From contig CAVSNY010000006.1 in NCBI GenBank assembly GCA_963729605.1, forward strand, positions 256,001 through 320,000: a stretch of DNA of 64,000 nt. The letters are read 5' to 3'. Below, piece after piece: positions 1-8,167 of this stretch. The DNA is from an uncultured Gammaproteobacteria bacterium (GTDB lineage Bacteria > Pseudomonadota > Gammaproteobacteria > DRLM01). Each line of letters opens with the position of its first letter. The first letter of the stretch is position 1. The position numbers and the translations under genes were made by a program. A model generated the notes under the pieces. That model searched no databases, was not told where the DNA came from, and saw only the letters and a program-made list of their open reading frames with translations.

Positions 1-212
1 ACGACACCGTCGCCCTCCGCCGCATCGGCATCGCCCGCAACGGCCGCGGCAACGCCGTATGGCGCCGCACCTACAACTTCGAATACAGCCTCGACCGTCA
101 ACAGCGTCTGCGCGGCAGCCTCACCTTGCGCGGCCGCGCCGTCGAAACCCTCGCCATCCAATCGCCGGAAGGCGGCACGCAATTCGAGCAGGATGATCCG
201 CCGCAAGAATGA
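1..212 (+). CDS. DUF3301-like protein, 5'-truncated by the window edge
   Basis: Frame from nt 3 reads DTVALRRIGIARNGRGNAVWRRTYNFEYS...RLRGSLTLRG and stops at TGA 210-212. This matches the DUF3301 pattern from memory. Not in the ORF track. Confidence 0.65.
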   Translation, partial: DTVALRRIGIARNGRGNAVWRRTYNFEYSLDRQQRLRGSLTLRGRAVETLAIQSPEGGTQFEQDDPPQE

Positions 213-421
213 AACCAGGTGCCTCATGCACATGGATAACCTGGGTAGTGGACGGGGGGTCTCGCCCCCGCGGGCGAGGTACTTTCTTTTGTGGCGACTG
301 GCCGACGGCCGTTGCTTAACGCCCGGAGAATCGATACCCTTTAAGCGACAGAGTCAACACAACGCCTGCACCCCGCTTAGACGATTCCGCTCAAGAATTC
401 ACCACTTGCAAGGACACCGTT

Positions 422-766
422 ATGGCCGCCTGGTTGATCCCCGCCCTAAAAGCCGTACTCCCTCATGTCGGCACCATCGTCTCCGCCGCGGCGCCGGCCT
501 TCACCAAGAAAAAAATCGAGGTGATGGCCAACGTCAATGAGGCGGCCTTGTTACAGCAGCAGATCAGCGAGCTGCAATCCGCCGCCGCGCAGAACGCCGG
601 CCATATCAAGGAACTTGCCGAGCAGCTGCAAGACACCGTCGCGGCCTTGGAGCAAGCGGCTGCCATCGCGCAAGCCAAACTTCAGCGGGCGATCCTGCTT
701 TGCGTTACCGCGGCCGGTTTATCCGTGGCATCGCTGGTTGTCGTGTTATACGTGGTTTTCGCCTAA
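422..766 (+). CDS. hypothetical protein (amphipathic N-terminus, coiled coil, C-terminal TM helix)
   Basis: AAGGA SD before ATG. Q/E/A-rich heptads and a hydrophobic C-terminus. Confidence 0.75.
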   Translation: MAAWLIPALKAVLPHVGTIVSAAAPAFTKKKIEVMANVNEAALLQQQISELQSAAAQNAGHIKELAEQLQDTVAALEQAAAIAQAKLQRAILLCVTAAGLSVASLVVVLYVVFA

Positions 767-863
767 TGAGCATCGACTCCGCGTTCAATAACAACGTCGT
801 CACCGCCACGGACTGAACCGCCCCTGGTTTTGAGGAGGCTCCAACATTTGAGAGAATGGAGCC

Positions 864-1187
864 ATGAAAAAGTCGAACAAGTTTTCACCTGAAGTCCGTG
901 AACGTGCGGTTCGAATGGTGCAGGAGCATCGCGGGGAATACCCGTCGTTGTGGATGGCCGTGGAGTCGATCGCCCCGAAGATTGGCTGTGTACCCGGGAC
1001 GCTGCTGGAGTGGGTTAAGCGTACGGAGGCCGATGCCGGAGCGCGTCCTGGCACGACCACGTCCGAGACACAGCGCATCAAGGAGCTGGAGCGCGAGAAC
1101 AAGGAGTTGCGGCGCGCCAATGAGATACTGCGTACCGCCAGCGCTTTTTTCGCACAGGCGGAGCTCGACCGCAAACTGAAGTCGTAA
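864..1187 (+). CDS. IS3 transposase OrfA (HTH and leucine zipper)
   Basis: [13 protein letters not shown]...[30 protein letters not shown]. Confidence 0.95.
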   Translation: MKKSNKFSPEVRERAVRMVQEHRGEYPSLWMAVESIAPKIGCVPGTLLEWVKRTEADAGARPGTTTSETQRIKELERENKELRRANEILRTASAFFAQAELDRKLKS

Positions 1188-2092
1188 ATACCTACATCGA
1201 CCAGCACCGGGATGCTTATGGGGTCGAGCCGATCTGCAAGGTGTTGCAGGTTGCCCCATCGGCCTACCGGCGCCATGCGGCCCGGCGGCGCGATCCGGAT
1301 CTGCGCAGCGCCCGGGCCAAGCGCGATGAGGTATTGATGTCGCATATTCAGCGTGTCTGGCACACCCACCTGCAGGTGTACGGCGCCGACAAAGTCTGGC
1401 GGCAGCTGAACCGCGAGGGCATCGAGGTGGCCCGTTGTACGGTCGAGCGTCTGATGAAGCGCCTGGGCCTGCAGGGTGTGCGCCGTGGCAAGGCGGTTCG
1501 CACCACCGTGCCTGACCACTCGGCGCCACGCCCGCTGGACCGGGTCAATCGACAGTTCAAGGCGGACAGGCCCAACCAGCTCTGGGTGTCGGATTTCACG
1601 TATGTGTCGACCTGGCAGGGCTGGCTGTATGTGGCCTTCGTCATTGATGTCTTCGCCCGGCGCATCGTCGGTTGGCGGGTCAGCCGCACCATGGCCACGG
1701 ACTTCGTGCTCGACGCACTGGAGCAAGCTCTGTACGCCCGGCAGCCCGAACCAGAGGATGCCCTGATCCATCACAGCGACAGGGGCTCGCAATACGTCTC
1801 GATCCGCTACACCGAGCGACTGGCCGAGGCCGGCATCGAGCCTTCGGTCGGCAGCAAGGGCGACAGCTACGATAACGCATTGGCCGAGACGATCAACGGG
1901 CTGTACAAGGCCGAGCTGATCCATCGTCGGGGACCCTGGAAAACCCGGGAATCCGTGGAGCTGGCGACCCTGGAATGGGTCTCGTGGTTTAACCACCACC
2001 GGCTATTAGAGCCTCTGGGGTATATCCCTCCAGCAGAAGCTGAGGCAAACTACTACAGGCAATACCGCCGTCATGCTGCGATTGCAGCATGA
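1145..2092 (+). CDS. IS3 transposase OrfB (DDE/rve domain), reached by -1 programmed frameshift
   Basis: [17 protein letters not shown] and [16 protein letters not shown] motifs. Slippery heptamer T TTT TTC at 1145-1151 is in phase with orfA, and orfB lies in the -1 frame. Confidence 0.93.
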   Translation, partial: FFRTGGARPQTEVVNTYIDQHRDAYGVEPICKVLQVAPSAYRRHAARRRDPDLRSARAKRDEVLMSHIQRVWHTHLQVYGADKVWRQLNREGIEVARCTVERLMKRLGLQGVRRGKAVRTTVPDHSAPRPLDRVNRQFKADRPNQLWVSDFTYVSTWQGWLYVAFVIDVFARRIVGWRVSRTMATDFVLDALEQALYARQPEPEDALIHHSDRGSQYVSIRYTERLAEAGIEPSVGSKGDSYDNALAETINGLYKAELIHRRGPWKTRESVELATLEWVSWFNHHRLLEPLGYIPPAEAEANYYRQYRRHAAIAA

Positions 2093-2454
2093 CTTAAACC
2101 AAACAGCCTCCGCAAAACACGGGGCGGTTCAGACCCCTCAGCCGGGATGCATCGGCGCCTGCGCTACGGTCACTGCATTTGGCATGTGTTCGTGATGGCG
2201 GGCACCGCCTGCCATTTCTTCGCGGTGCTCAGGTATGCGGCTTAAGTCGCACGAGCCACCCGCCACCAGTCGGCTCCCGCCCATGCTCCCCGAGTTTTTG
2301 AACTACAATGCAGAAAATAAATACATCATGCCCCGCATTGAACGGCCTGCATGGTCCCGCTGATACGGGGGGTTGTTTGCATCGTCCATCGAACAACAGG
2401 TGAGAGCCGCTTTGAAAGTGATTGACGTAGCCCCCCGTGAAAGGAAACCCGCCG

Positions 2455-2760
2455 ATGAGTGAACATCTGGGCCGCGACAGCCGCGATCCGACCACGCTTT
2501 CCAGCGACGAATTACCCGCCGCGGTGATTTCCGCCTTGCGACAGGGCAACAAGATCGAGGCCATCAAGCTGCTGCGGCAAGAGCGCGGCGGCGATCTCAA
2601 AACCAGTAAAGATACCGTGGACGCCTACCTGCGCGCGCAACCGGCACTGCAAGAACGATTGACCACGGCGCAGGCGGAAAAGGGCCGGGGTCGCCTGGCT
2701 TGGGTCATTCTATTGATCACCTTGTCCGTCGCCGGCTATCTTTTCCTGAAAGGGGAATAA
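2455..2760 (+). CDS. small membrane-anchored protein with an L7/L12 C-terminal-like motif
   Basis: GNKIEAIKLLRQERGGDLKTSKDTVD resembles the L12 CTD helix-turn-helix. C-terminal TM helix. AAGGA SD. Confidence 0.7.
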   Translation: MSEHLGRDSRDPTTLSSDELPAAVISALRQGNKIEAIKLLRQERGGDLKTSKDTVDAYLRAQPALQERLTTAQAEKGRGRLAWVILLITLSVAGYLFLKGE

Positions 2761-3017
2761 CCGCCGCGCGTTTGATCGCGCGGCGCTGGAGTAAACGGCA
2801 TTTCATCATCGAGTCTCCGCCCCCGAGCGGCACGATGAAAAAGCAAGCGACGAGGAGATCATGCGCAACACACACTTTACCCGCGCCTGCCGTTCTTCCG
2901 CGCCGGGTTTCGGTCAATATCTCGATCGCGCCAAGACCTCACGCCGCGCAACGAGATTGCAACCTTATGCGGAGGCAATTTTTTGAACCCCTTTAGCAAC
3001 AGAAAGGAAACAAGATC

Positions 3018-3417
3018 ATGAGCATAATAAAAGAATTCAAGGAATTTGCGGTTAAAGGCAATGTGATCGACATGGCCGTCGGCGTTATTATCGGTGTGGC
3101 GTTTGGAAAAATTGTTTCATCCTTTGTTGCCGACGTAATCATGCCGCCGATTGGCGTCCTCTTGGGAGGCGTAGATTTTTCCGATCTTGCGATCACCGTG
3201 AAAGAGGCGGTGGGCAGCTCGCCCGCCGTGGTAATCGCTTACGGAAAATTCATCCAGACCGTCGTCGATTTTACAATCATCGCATTTGTCATTTTTATGG
3301 TGGTGCGGCTTATCAATTCGCTCAAGAAAAAGGAAGAAGCGGCTCCCGCGGGCACCCGCCGCCCCCTCGGCGGAACAAGTTCTTCTTGCGGAAATTCGCG
3401 ATTTACTCAAGAAATAA
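3018..3417 (+). pseudogene. mscL: large-conductance mechanosensitive channel with a +1 frameshift near 3350 (real or assembly error)
   Basis: N-terminus [20 protein letters not shown]. The conserved tail [21 protein letters not shown] (TAA 3415-3417) is one base out of frame. Confidence 0.9.
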
Positions 3418-3461
3418 CCCGCCAGCACTTCATTAAAACGGCGACGATTGCAGTCTCGCCC

Positions 3462-3830
3462 TCAACTCAACTTCGCGCCATTGGGATCTATCCCCAAGGT
3501 GATTTGTTTTAAAACATAGTCCGCTTCGAAAAAAATCTTGCCGAATGGGGTGGCCTGGGGGGCACCGAAGTAGCTTACGTCCCAGCGCACGGTCTGATAG
3601 GCCTTGGCGATGTCGGGGGTGTGAAAAATGGCGCCGGGATTGCCCTGGATGATGGAGACCGACTTGATCGCCGTCACCAGGTCGTCCATGTCGATGCGCT
3701 CGTCTAGCGGAATCACGCCGCCGCCGATAAAGACGACCTCACTTTTTCCGGATCGAAGGCCGCGCCTTATATCTCATCGGCGTCGTTGAGCAGGCTCAAG
3801 GCTTGTTGAGGGTGCCGGATGCTATCTCGA
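3462..3830 (-). pseudogene. degraded fragment of a large protein (DUF1598-like motifs)
   Basis: Segments SLLNDADEI*GAAFDPEK/EVVFIG, DMDDLVTAIKSV and [20 protein letters not shown], with an internal stop and frameshifts. Family assignment is from memory only. Confidence 0.45.
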
Positions 3831-3900
3831 TGTTCATGGACATCCGTCCGCGCTTGGCAATACCCATTCCGACCCGGCTCGGCTTACCGTTCACCCAGGC

Positions 3901-3929
3901 TTGACTTTGCTAATGAGAATTATTACTAT
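3901..3929 (+). promoter_or_regulatory. sigma70 promoter overlapped by a Fur box
   Basis: TTGACT(3901-06)-N17-TACTAT(3924-29). GCTAATGAGAATTATTACT (3909-3927) matches GATAATGATAATCATTATC at 14/19. Confidence 0.8.
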
Positions 3930-4007
3930 TTGCATCAACGGGCGGGGTGTCGGGTGAAAGCATCCCGGCCACCCGATAAACAACGGTTAAATTAACAAGG
4001 ACATCTC

Positions 4008-4403
4008 ATGTACTCCACCAAACTCGCCGCCTGTCTGTTGGCTTTGGGTCTCGCGATCGCCACCGCGGCGAGCCAAGCCGACGATCAAGGCCCCGAACTG
4101 GGTTACGGCAAACACACTTCTTCCCAGCAACTGGCGCAGACGGTGGAAGGGCTCAACACCTGGGCGGAAGCCGAGCTGGCCGAACACGAAGAGGAAGGCT
4201 TGTTTAAAAATCGCGCCGATGAACTGGCGATCATCCGCCAGTCCATCGCGCTGGCCAAACAAATGCTGGTCCAGGCCCGCGATGCCGAAAAAAAGGGCGA
4301 CACCGTGACCGCGCGCGTCAATTACTACGCCGCCGAGGCCATCGCCGGTTACGCCGCCCGCATGCCTCATCTGCTTGAAAAACGTTTAGCGACCAACAAC
4401 TGA
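4008..4403 (+). CDS. secreted helical protein of unknown function
   Basis: AAGGA SD. Sec signal peptide ending ASQA. Ala/Glu-rich helical mature part. Confidence 0.8.
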   Translation: MYSTKLAACLLALGLAIATAASQADDQGPELGYGKHTSSQQLAQTVEGLNTWAEAELAEHEEEGLFKNRADELAIIRQSIALAKQMLVQARDAEKKGDTVTARVNYYAAEAIAGYAARMPHLLEKRLATNN

Positions 4404-4442
4404 GATCCCCCTTCCCCTCTCCTTCACTCGGTTGTATTTAGC

Positions 4443-4471
4443 ACTGCCCCCTCCCCGGGGCAGTTTTTTTT
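4443..4471 (+). terminator. Rho-independent terminator
   Basis: ACTGCCCC-ctcccc-GGGGCAGT followed by a T run. Confidence 0.85.
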
Positions 4472-4565
4472 GCGTTATCGCACACACGCCATCACGACCC
4501 CGACCGCCAACGCCGGCCGGCGGCTTCCGTTATAATCACCGCCTCGATACCCGCGGCGCCCCGTC

Positions 4566-6080
4566 ATGACCGACATCATCATTACCACCCTCAATGCCCG
4601 TTATTTCCATGCCTCGCTCGGCCTGCGTTATCTGCTCGCCAATATGGGCGAACTGGAGGCGCGTACCCGTTTGGTGGAATACATCATCGACGCGCGGCCG
4701 GCGGACGTCGTGGAAAACCTGCTGCAGGGCGACACCCGCATCATCGGTCTGGGCGTTTACATCTGGAACGTGGAGGTGAGCACCCAGATCGTCGCGCTCA
4801 TCAAACAGGTGCGCCCCGATATCGTGGTGGTGGTGGGCGGGCCGGAGGTGAGTTACGAACAGGAGGCGCAGGAGATCTGCCGCCTCGCGGATTATGTGAT
4901 CGCCGGGCCCGGCGACCTCGCCTTCGCCGCCTTGTGCCGGCAGGTGCTGGCCGGTGAGCGGCCGCCGCAAAAGATCATCGCTGCGGCGCAGTCGCGTTTG
5001 TCCGAGCTGAAATTGCCCTACGGCTATTACAACGACGAAGACGTCGCCCACCGCTTCATTTATGTCGAGGCCTCGCGCGGCTGTCCCTACAAATGTGAAT
5101 TCTGTCTGTCGGCGCTGGACAAGACCGCGCGGCCCTTCGAACTCGCGCGGTTTCTCGAAGAGATGGATCAACTGCATCGACGCGGCGTGCGGCATTTCAA
5201 ATTCGTCGATCGCACCTTCAATCTCAAGATCGACACCAGCGTGCGCATCCTGGAATTTTTCCTGGAACGGCTCGACGAAAAATTATTTCTGCACTTCGAA
5301 CTGATTCCCGATCACCTGCCCGAACGTCTGCAGGAAATCATTCTGCGCTTTCCGCCCGGCAGCTTGCAGTTCGAAATCGGCTTGCAGAGCTTCAATCCCG
5401 AGGTGCAGGCCCGCATCAGCCGCCGCCAGGACAATGACAAAGCGGAACACAACATCCGTTGGCTGCGGCGGGAAACCCAGGCCCATTTGCACACCGATCT
5501 CATCGCCGGCCTGCCCGGCGAAGACCTCGCCAGTTTCGGCGCCGGCTTCGACCGACTGGTGGCGCTCGAACCGCATGAAATCCAGGTGGGCATACTCAAG
5601 CGTCTGCGCGGCGCGCCCATCGACCGCCACACCGCCGGTCACGCCATGCGTTACAACCCTTATCCGCCTTACAGCATATTGGCCACCGACCGCCTCGACT
5701 TCGCGACCGTGCAACGCCTCAATCGCTTCGCGCGTTACTGGGATCTGATCGGCAACTCCGGCCGTTTCCGCTTGAGCCGCCCCGCGCTGCTGGGGGATGC
5801 GCCCTTCGCACGCTTCATGGCCCTCAGCGACTGGTTATACAGCGAGACCGGCAAGACTCATCAAATCGCCCTGGATAAATTATTCGAGCTGGTCTATCGC
5901 GGCATGGTAAACCGCCTGGGTATCGCCCCCGCCGCCGCGGCGGCGACCCTCGGCGCGGACTACGCCAACAGCGGCGGCCGCGCCGAACTGAGCTTCATCA
6001 TCCCCGCCGTGCGCGACCGCTCCGCCGTCGGCGCGCGGACGGGCGGGCCGCAACGCCAGCGCCGCCACCTCGGGGCCTGA
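4566..6080 (+). CDS. B12-binding-domain radical SAM protein (DUF4080 type)
   Basis: N-terminal cobalamin-binding fold (VVVGGPEVS), CxxxCxxC motif GCPYKCEFC, FKFVDRTFN. Confidence 0.9.
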   Translation: MTDIIITTLNARYFHASLGLRYLLANMGELEARTRLVEYIIDARPADVVENLLQGDTRIIGLGVYIWNVEVSTQIVALIKQVRPDIVVVVGGPEVSYEQEAQEICRLADYVIAGPGDLAFAALCRQVLAGERPPQKIIAAAQSRLSELKLPYGYYNDEDVAHRFIYVEASRGCPYKCEFCLSALDKTARPFELARFLEEMDQLHRRGVRHFKFVDRTFNLKIDTSVRILEFFLERLDEKLFLHFELIPDHLPERLQEIILRFPPGSLQFEIGLQSFNPEVQARISRRQDNDKAEHNIRWLRRETQAHLHTDLIAGLPGEDLASFGAGFDRLVALEPHEIQVGILKRLRGAPIDRHTAGHAMRYNPYPPYSILATDRLDFATVQRLNRFARYWDLIGNSGRFRLSRPALLGDAPFARFMALSDWLYSETGKTHQIALDKLFELVYRGMVNRLGIAPAAAAATLGADYANSGGRAELSFIIPAVRDRSAVGARTGGPQRQRRHLGA

Positions 6081-6265
6081 ACGATTAATTCGCGACTTAA
6101 GAGCGTACCGGCACGGTTTCTCTTTCCGAGCGGAGAGATGAAACGCGGCCGCTCCGACAAGACACCGGATTTCTTCGCGCGCCGCGCCGCTGTATAGACA
6201 ACGCGCCGGTTTGACGGAACCGCCCCACCCGCCTCGGGGCGGGGCGGCCCTTACGGCAAGGACGC

Positions 6266-7033
6266 TCAGTCCTCTGCGGACTCTTTATCTTCCTTCAGCG
6301 CCTTGTGCAACTTCACCGGCACGGCGCGTTTGGCGCGCAGGCGGATGTTGAGCATTTCCACCGCCACCGAAAAGGCCATGGCGAAGTAAATATAAGCCTT
6401 GGGAATGTGGAACTCGAAACCTTCGGCGATCAAGGCCATACCCACCAGAATCAGAAAACTCAGTGCCAGCATTTTGATGGTGGGATGCTTGTCGACGAAA
6501 TCACCGATGGATTTGGCGGACACCATCATGATGCCGACCGCGATGACGATGGCGATCACCATGATGGACAAATGATCGACCATGCCCACCGCCGTGATCA
6601 CCGAATCCAGCGAGAACACGATGTCGATGATGGCGATTTGTATCAGCACTCCGCCAAAACTCACCGCCGCCGTGGTTTTAACATCAGGGGTATGTTCGAC
6701 ACCTTCCAGGCTGTTGTGAATTTCATGTACGCTCTTCCACAACAGGAACAAACCGCCGCCGACCAGGATTATATCCCGCCCGGAAATGGCGTGGCCGGCG
6801 ACGCTGAACAGCGGCTCCACCAGTCCCATCATCCACACCAACGAGAACAACAGCAGGATACGCGTCCCCATCGCCAGGCCCAAACCCAGGCGGCGCGCCA
6901 GCTCGCGTTTTTCGGGCGGCAAACGGCCGACCAAAATGGAAATGAAAATAATATTGTCAATACCCAGCACGATTTCCAGGGCCGTCAAGGTGGCCAAGGC
7001 GATCCAGGCTTGGGGATCATTGATCCATTCCAT
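6266..7033 (-). CDS. TerC family membrane protein (YgdQ-like)
   Basis: LEIVLGIDN and DIVFSLDSVITAVG motifs. Confidence 0.93.
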   Translation of the reverse strand: MEWINDPQAWIALATLTALEIVLGIDNIIFISILVGRLPPEKRELARRLGLGLAMGTRILLLFSLVWMMGLVEPLFSVAGHAISGRDIILVGGGLFLLWKSVHEIHNSLEGVEHTPDVKTTAAVSFGGVLIQIAIIDIVFSLDSVITAVGMVDHLSIMVIAIVIAVGIMMVSAKSIGDFVDKHPTIKMLALSFLILVGMALIAEGFEFHIPKAYIYFAMAFSVAVEMLNIRLRAKRAVPVKLHKALKEDKESAED

Positions 7034-7070
7034 CGAACAAATTACCTCTTAAAAATATACCGCGCGGATG

Positions 7071-7149
7071 GTAGCCCGGAACGGCCGACGAGGGAAGCGT
7101 GAAACCGGCCCGCGCCCCTGGGTTGGGATTACATCGGCGGGCGGGCTGC
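7071..7149 (-). ncRNA. candidate structured cis-regulatory leader of terC
   Basis: Three nested helices (GCAGCCCG/CGGGCUAC, GCCGAUG/CGUCGGC, AGGGGCG/CGCUUCCCU) ending about 37 nt before the ATG. Confidence 0.5.
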
Positions 7150-7393
7150 GCACGGGGGATGAATCCCCTCGCTTTCTCAAGGGGAAGAATCGCGCCTCGC
7201 CATGCTCCCCCTCCTTGAAAATCCCCATCGCCCGGTCCCGGCGACAAACCGCGGGGAATTTCGCGATTAAATCCGCTATTAAACGGCGTGCCCGCGCCTC
7301 GTGCCCCCATCCGCGTCCAGCGGGAAAATAAACACCGCCGGCGGACACCGAGCCTACCGCCGGCGCTCTATCCGCGCCGTGCATCGCGGCGGC

Positions 7394-7870
7394 TCAACAC
7401 CAACGCCGCACCGCGCGCCGGTAAGCCCGATATTCTTCGCCGAATTTTTTTTCCAGATAGCGTTCCTCCGGGATCACCAGCCACCATTGAACCACCAACA
7501 GCGCGGGGATCGCGAGAAACAACCACCACGGCATGTCAGTCGCGATCGCCAAGCCCGCGAAGGCGAGTGAAATACCGGCGTATAACGGATTGCGCGAATG
7601 ACCGAACACCCCGCTTTTCACCAATCGGGTGGTGGACTGGCCGGGCTCCGACGGCTGTTCGCGACGCGCCAGTTCCCTTTTGCCGAGAAACACGAGGGCC
7701 GTGCCGGCTATCAGCAAGGGCGCACCGAGCAGATGCAACAGGAGACGGGGTATCACTTCTTGAAAAGTCAGCGGAAAAAAATGGTCCAATACCAGCCCCA
7801 ATAACAAACTCGCGGCGAAGATCAAATCCGCCGACCGCCAGCGACCGCGATGCGCCGCATCAATACTCAT
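7394..7870 (-). CDS. isoprenylcysteine carboxylmethyltransferase / phospholipid methyltransferase family protein
   Basis: LVKSGVFGHSRNPLY and EERYLEKKFGEEYRAY motifs. Confidence 0.9.
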   Translation of the reverse strand: MSIDAAHRGRWRSADLIFAASLLLGLVLDHFFPLTFQEVIPRLLLHLLGAPLLIAGTALVFLGKRELARREQPSEPGQSTTRLVKSGVFGHSRNPLYAGISLAFAGLAIATDMPWWLFLAIPALLVVQWWLVIPEERYLEKKFGEEYRAYRRAVRRWC

Positions 7871-8167
7871 GACAATTCCTCGACACTCGATCTATCATTT
7901 CCCATTCTATCAACCGCAACGCACGGTGGTCGCCCATGAAATTCATCGCGCACCCCGTCTCAGCCGCCGTGAATCGGCCGCACTTTACAACAGCGCAACG
8001 CATGTTGAAACCGTTTCATTCCCTTGCGCGGCAGCCGCCGACCGCGCGGACGGCGAACAGAGACCTCAAGGTGTCTTACGCCTGCCGGCACCTGCACCCT
8101 CGATCGCCGAGATTTCCCTTTATTAGCCATCCCCCACTCGATACTATAGCCGGAGATGAGGAGGCCT

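Larger units (their letters stand above)
814..2131 (+). mobile_element. IS3-family insertion sequence (IS51/IS629-like subgroup), 1318 bp
   Basis: Terminal IRs TGAACCGCCCCTGGTTTTGAGGAGGCT and TGAACCGCCCCGTGTTTTGCGGAGGCT (24/27 identical). 3-bp GAC target duplication at 811-813 and 2132-2134. orfA and orfB present. Confidence 0.97.
766..2245 (+). pseudogene. hemolysin III / PAQR-family remnant, internally deleted and interrupted by the IS3 element
   Basis: ATG 766 gives MSIDSAFNNNVVTATD. After the IS the same frame continues PSAGMHRRLRYGHCIWHVFVMAGTACHFFAVLRYAA*, the HxxWHxFV..G..CH C-terminus of hemolysin III. Confidence 0.75.

Noticed and set aside
800-1999. 399-aa antisense ORF across the IS
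   Set aside because: Shadow ORF of the transposase, typical of IS3-family elements in GC-rich DNA.
6095-6260. GC-rich hairpin (GCCCCACCCGCCTCGGGGCGGGGC) between the convergent radical SAM and terC genes
   Set aside because: Probably a simple terminator or stabiliser. It lacks a U tract and nothing further supports a distinct element.
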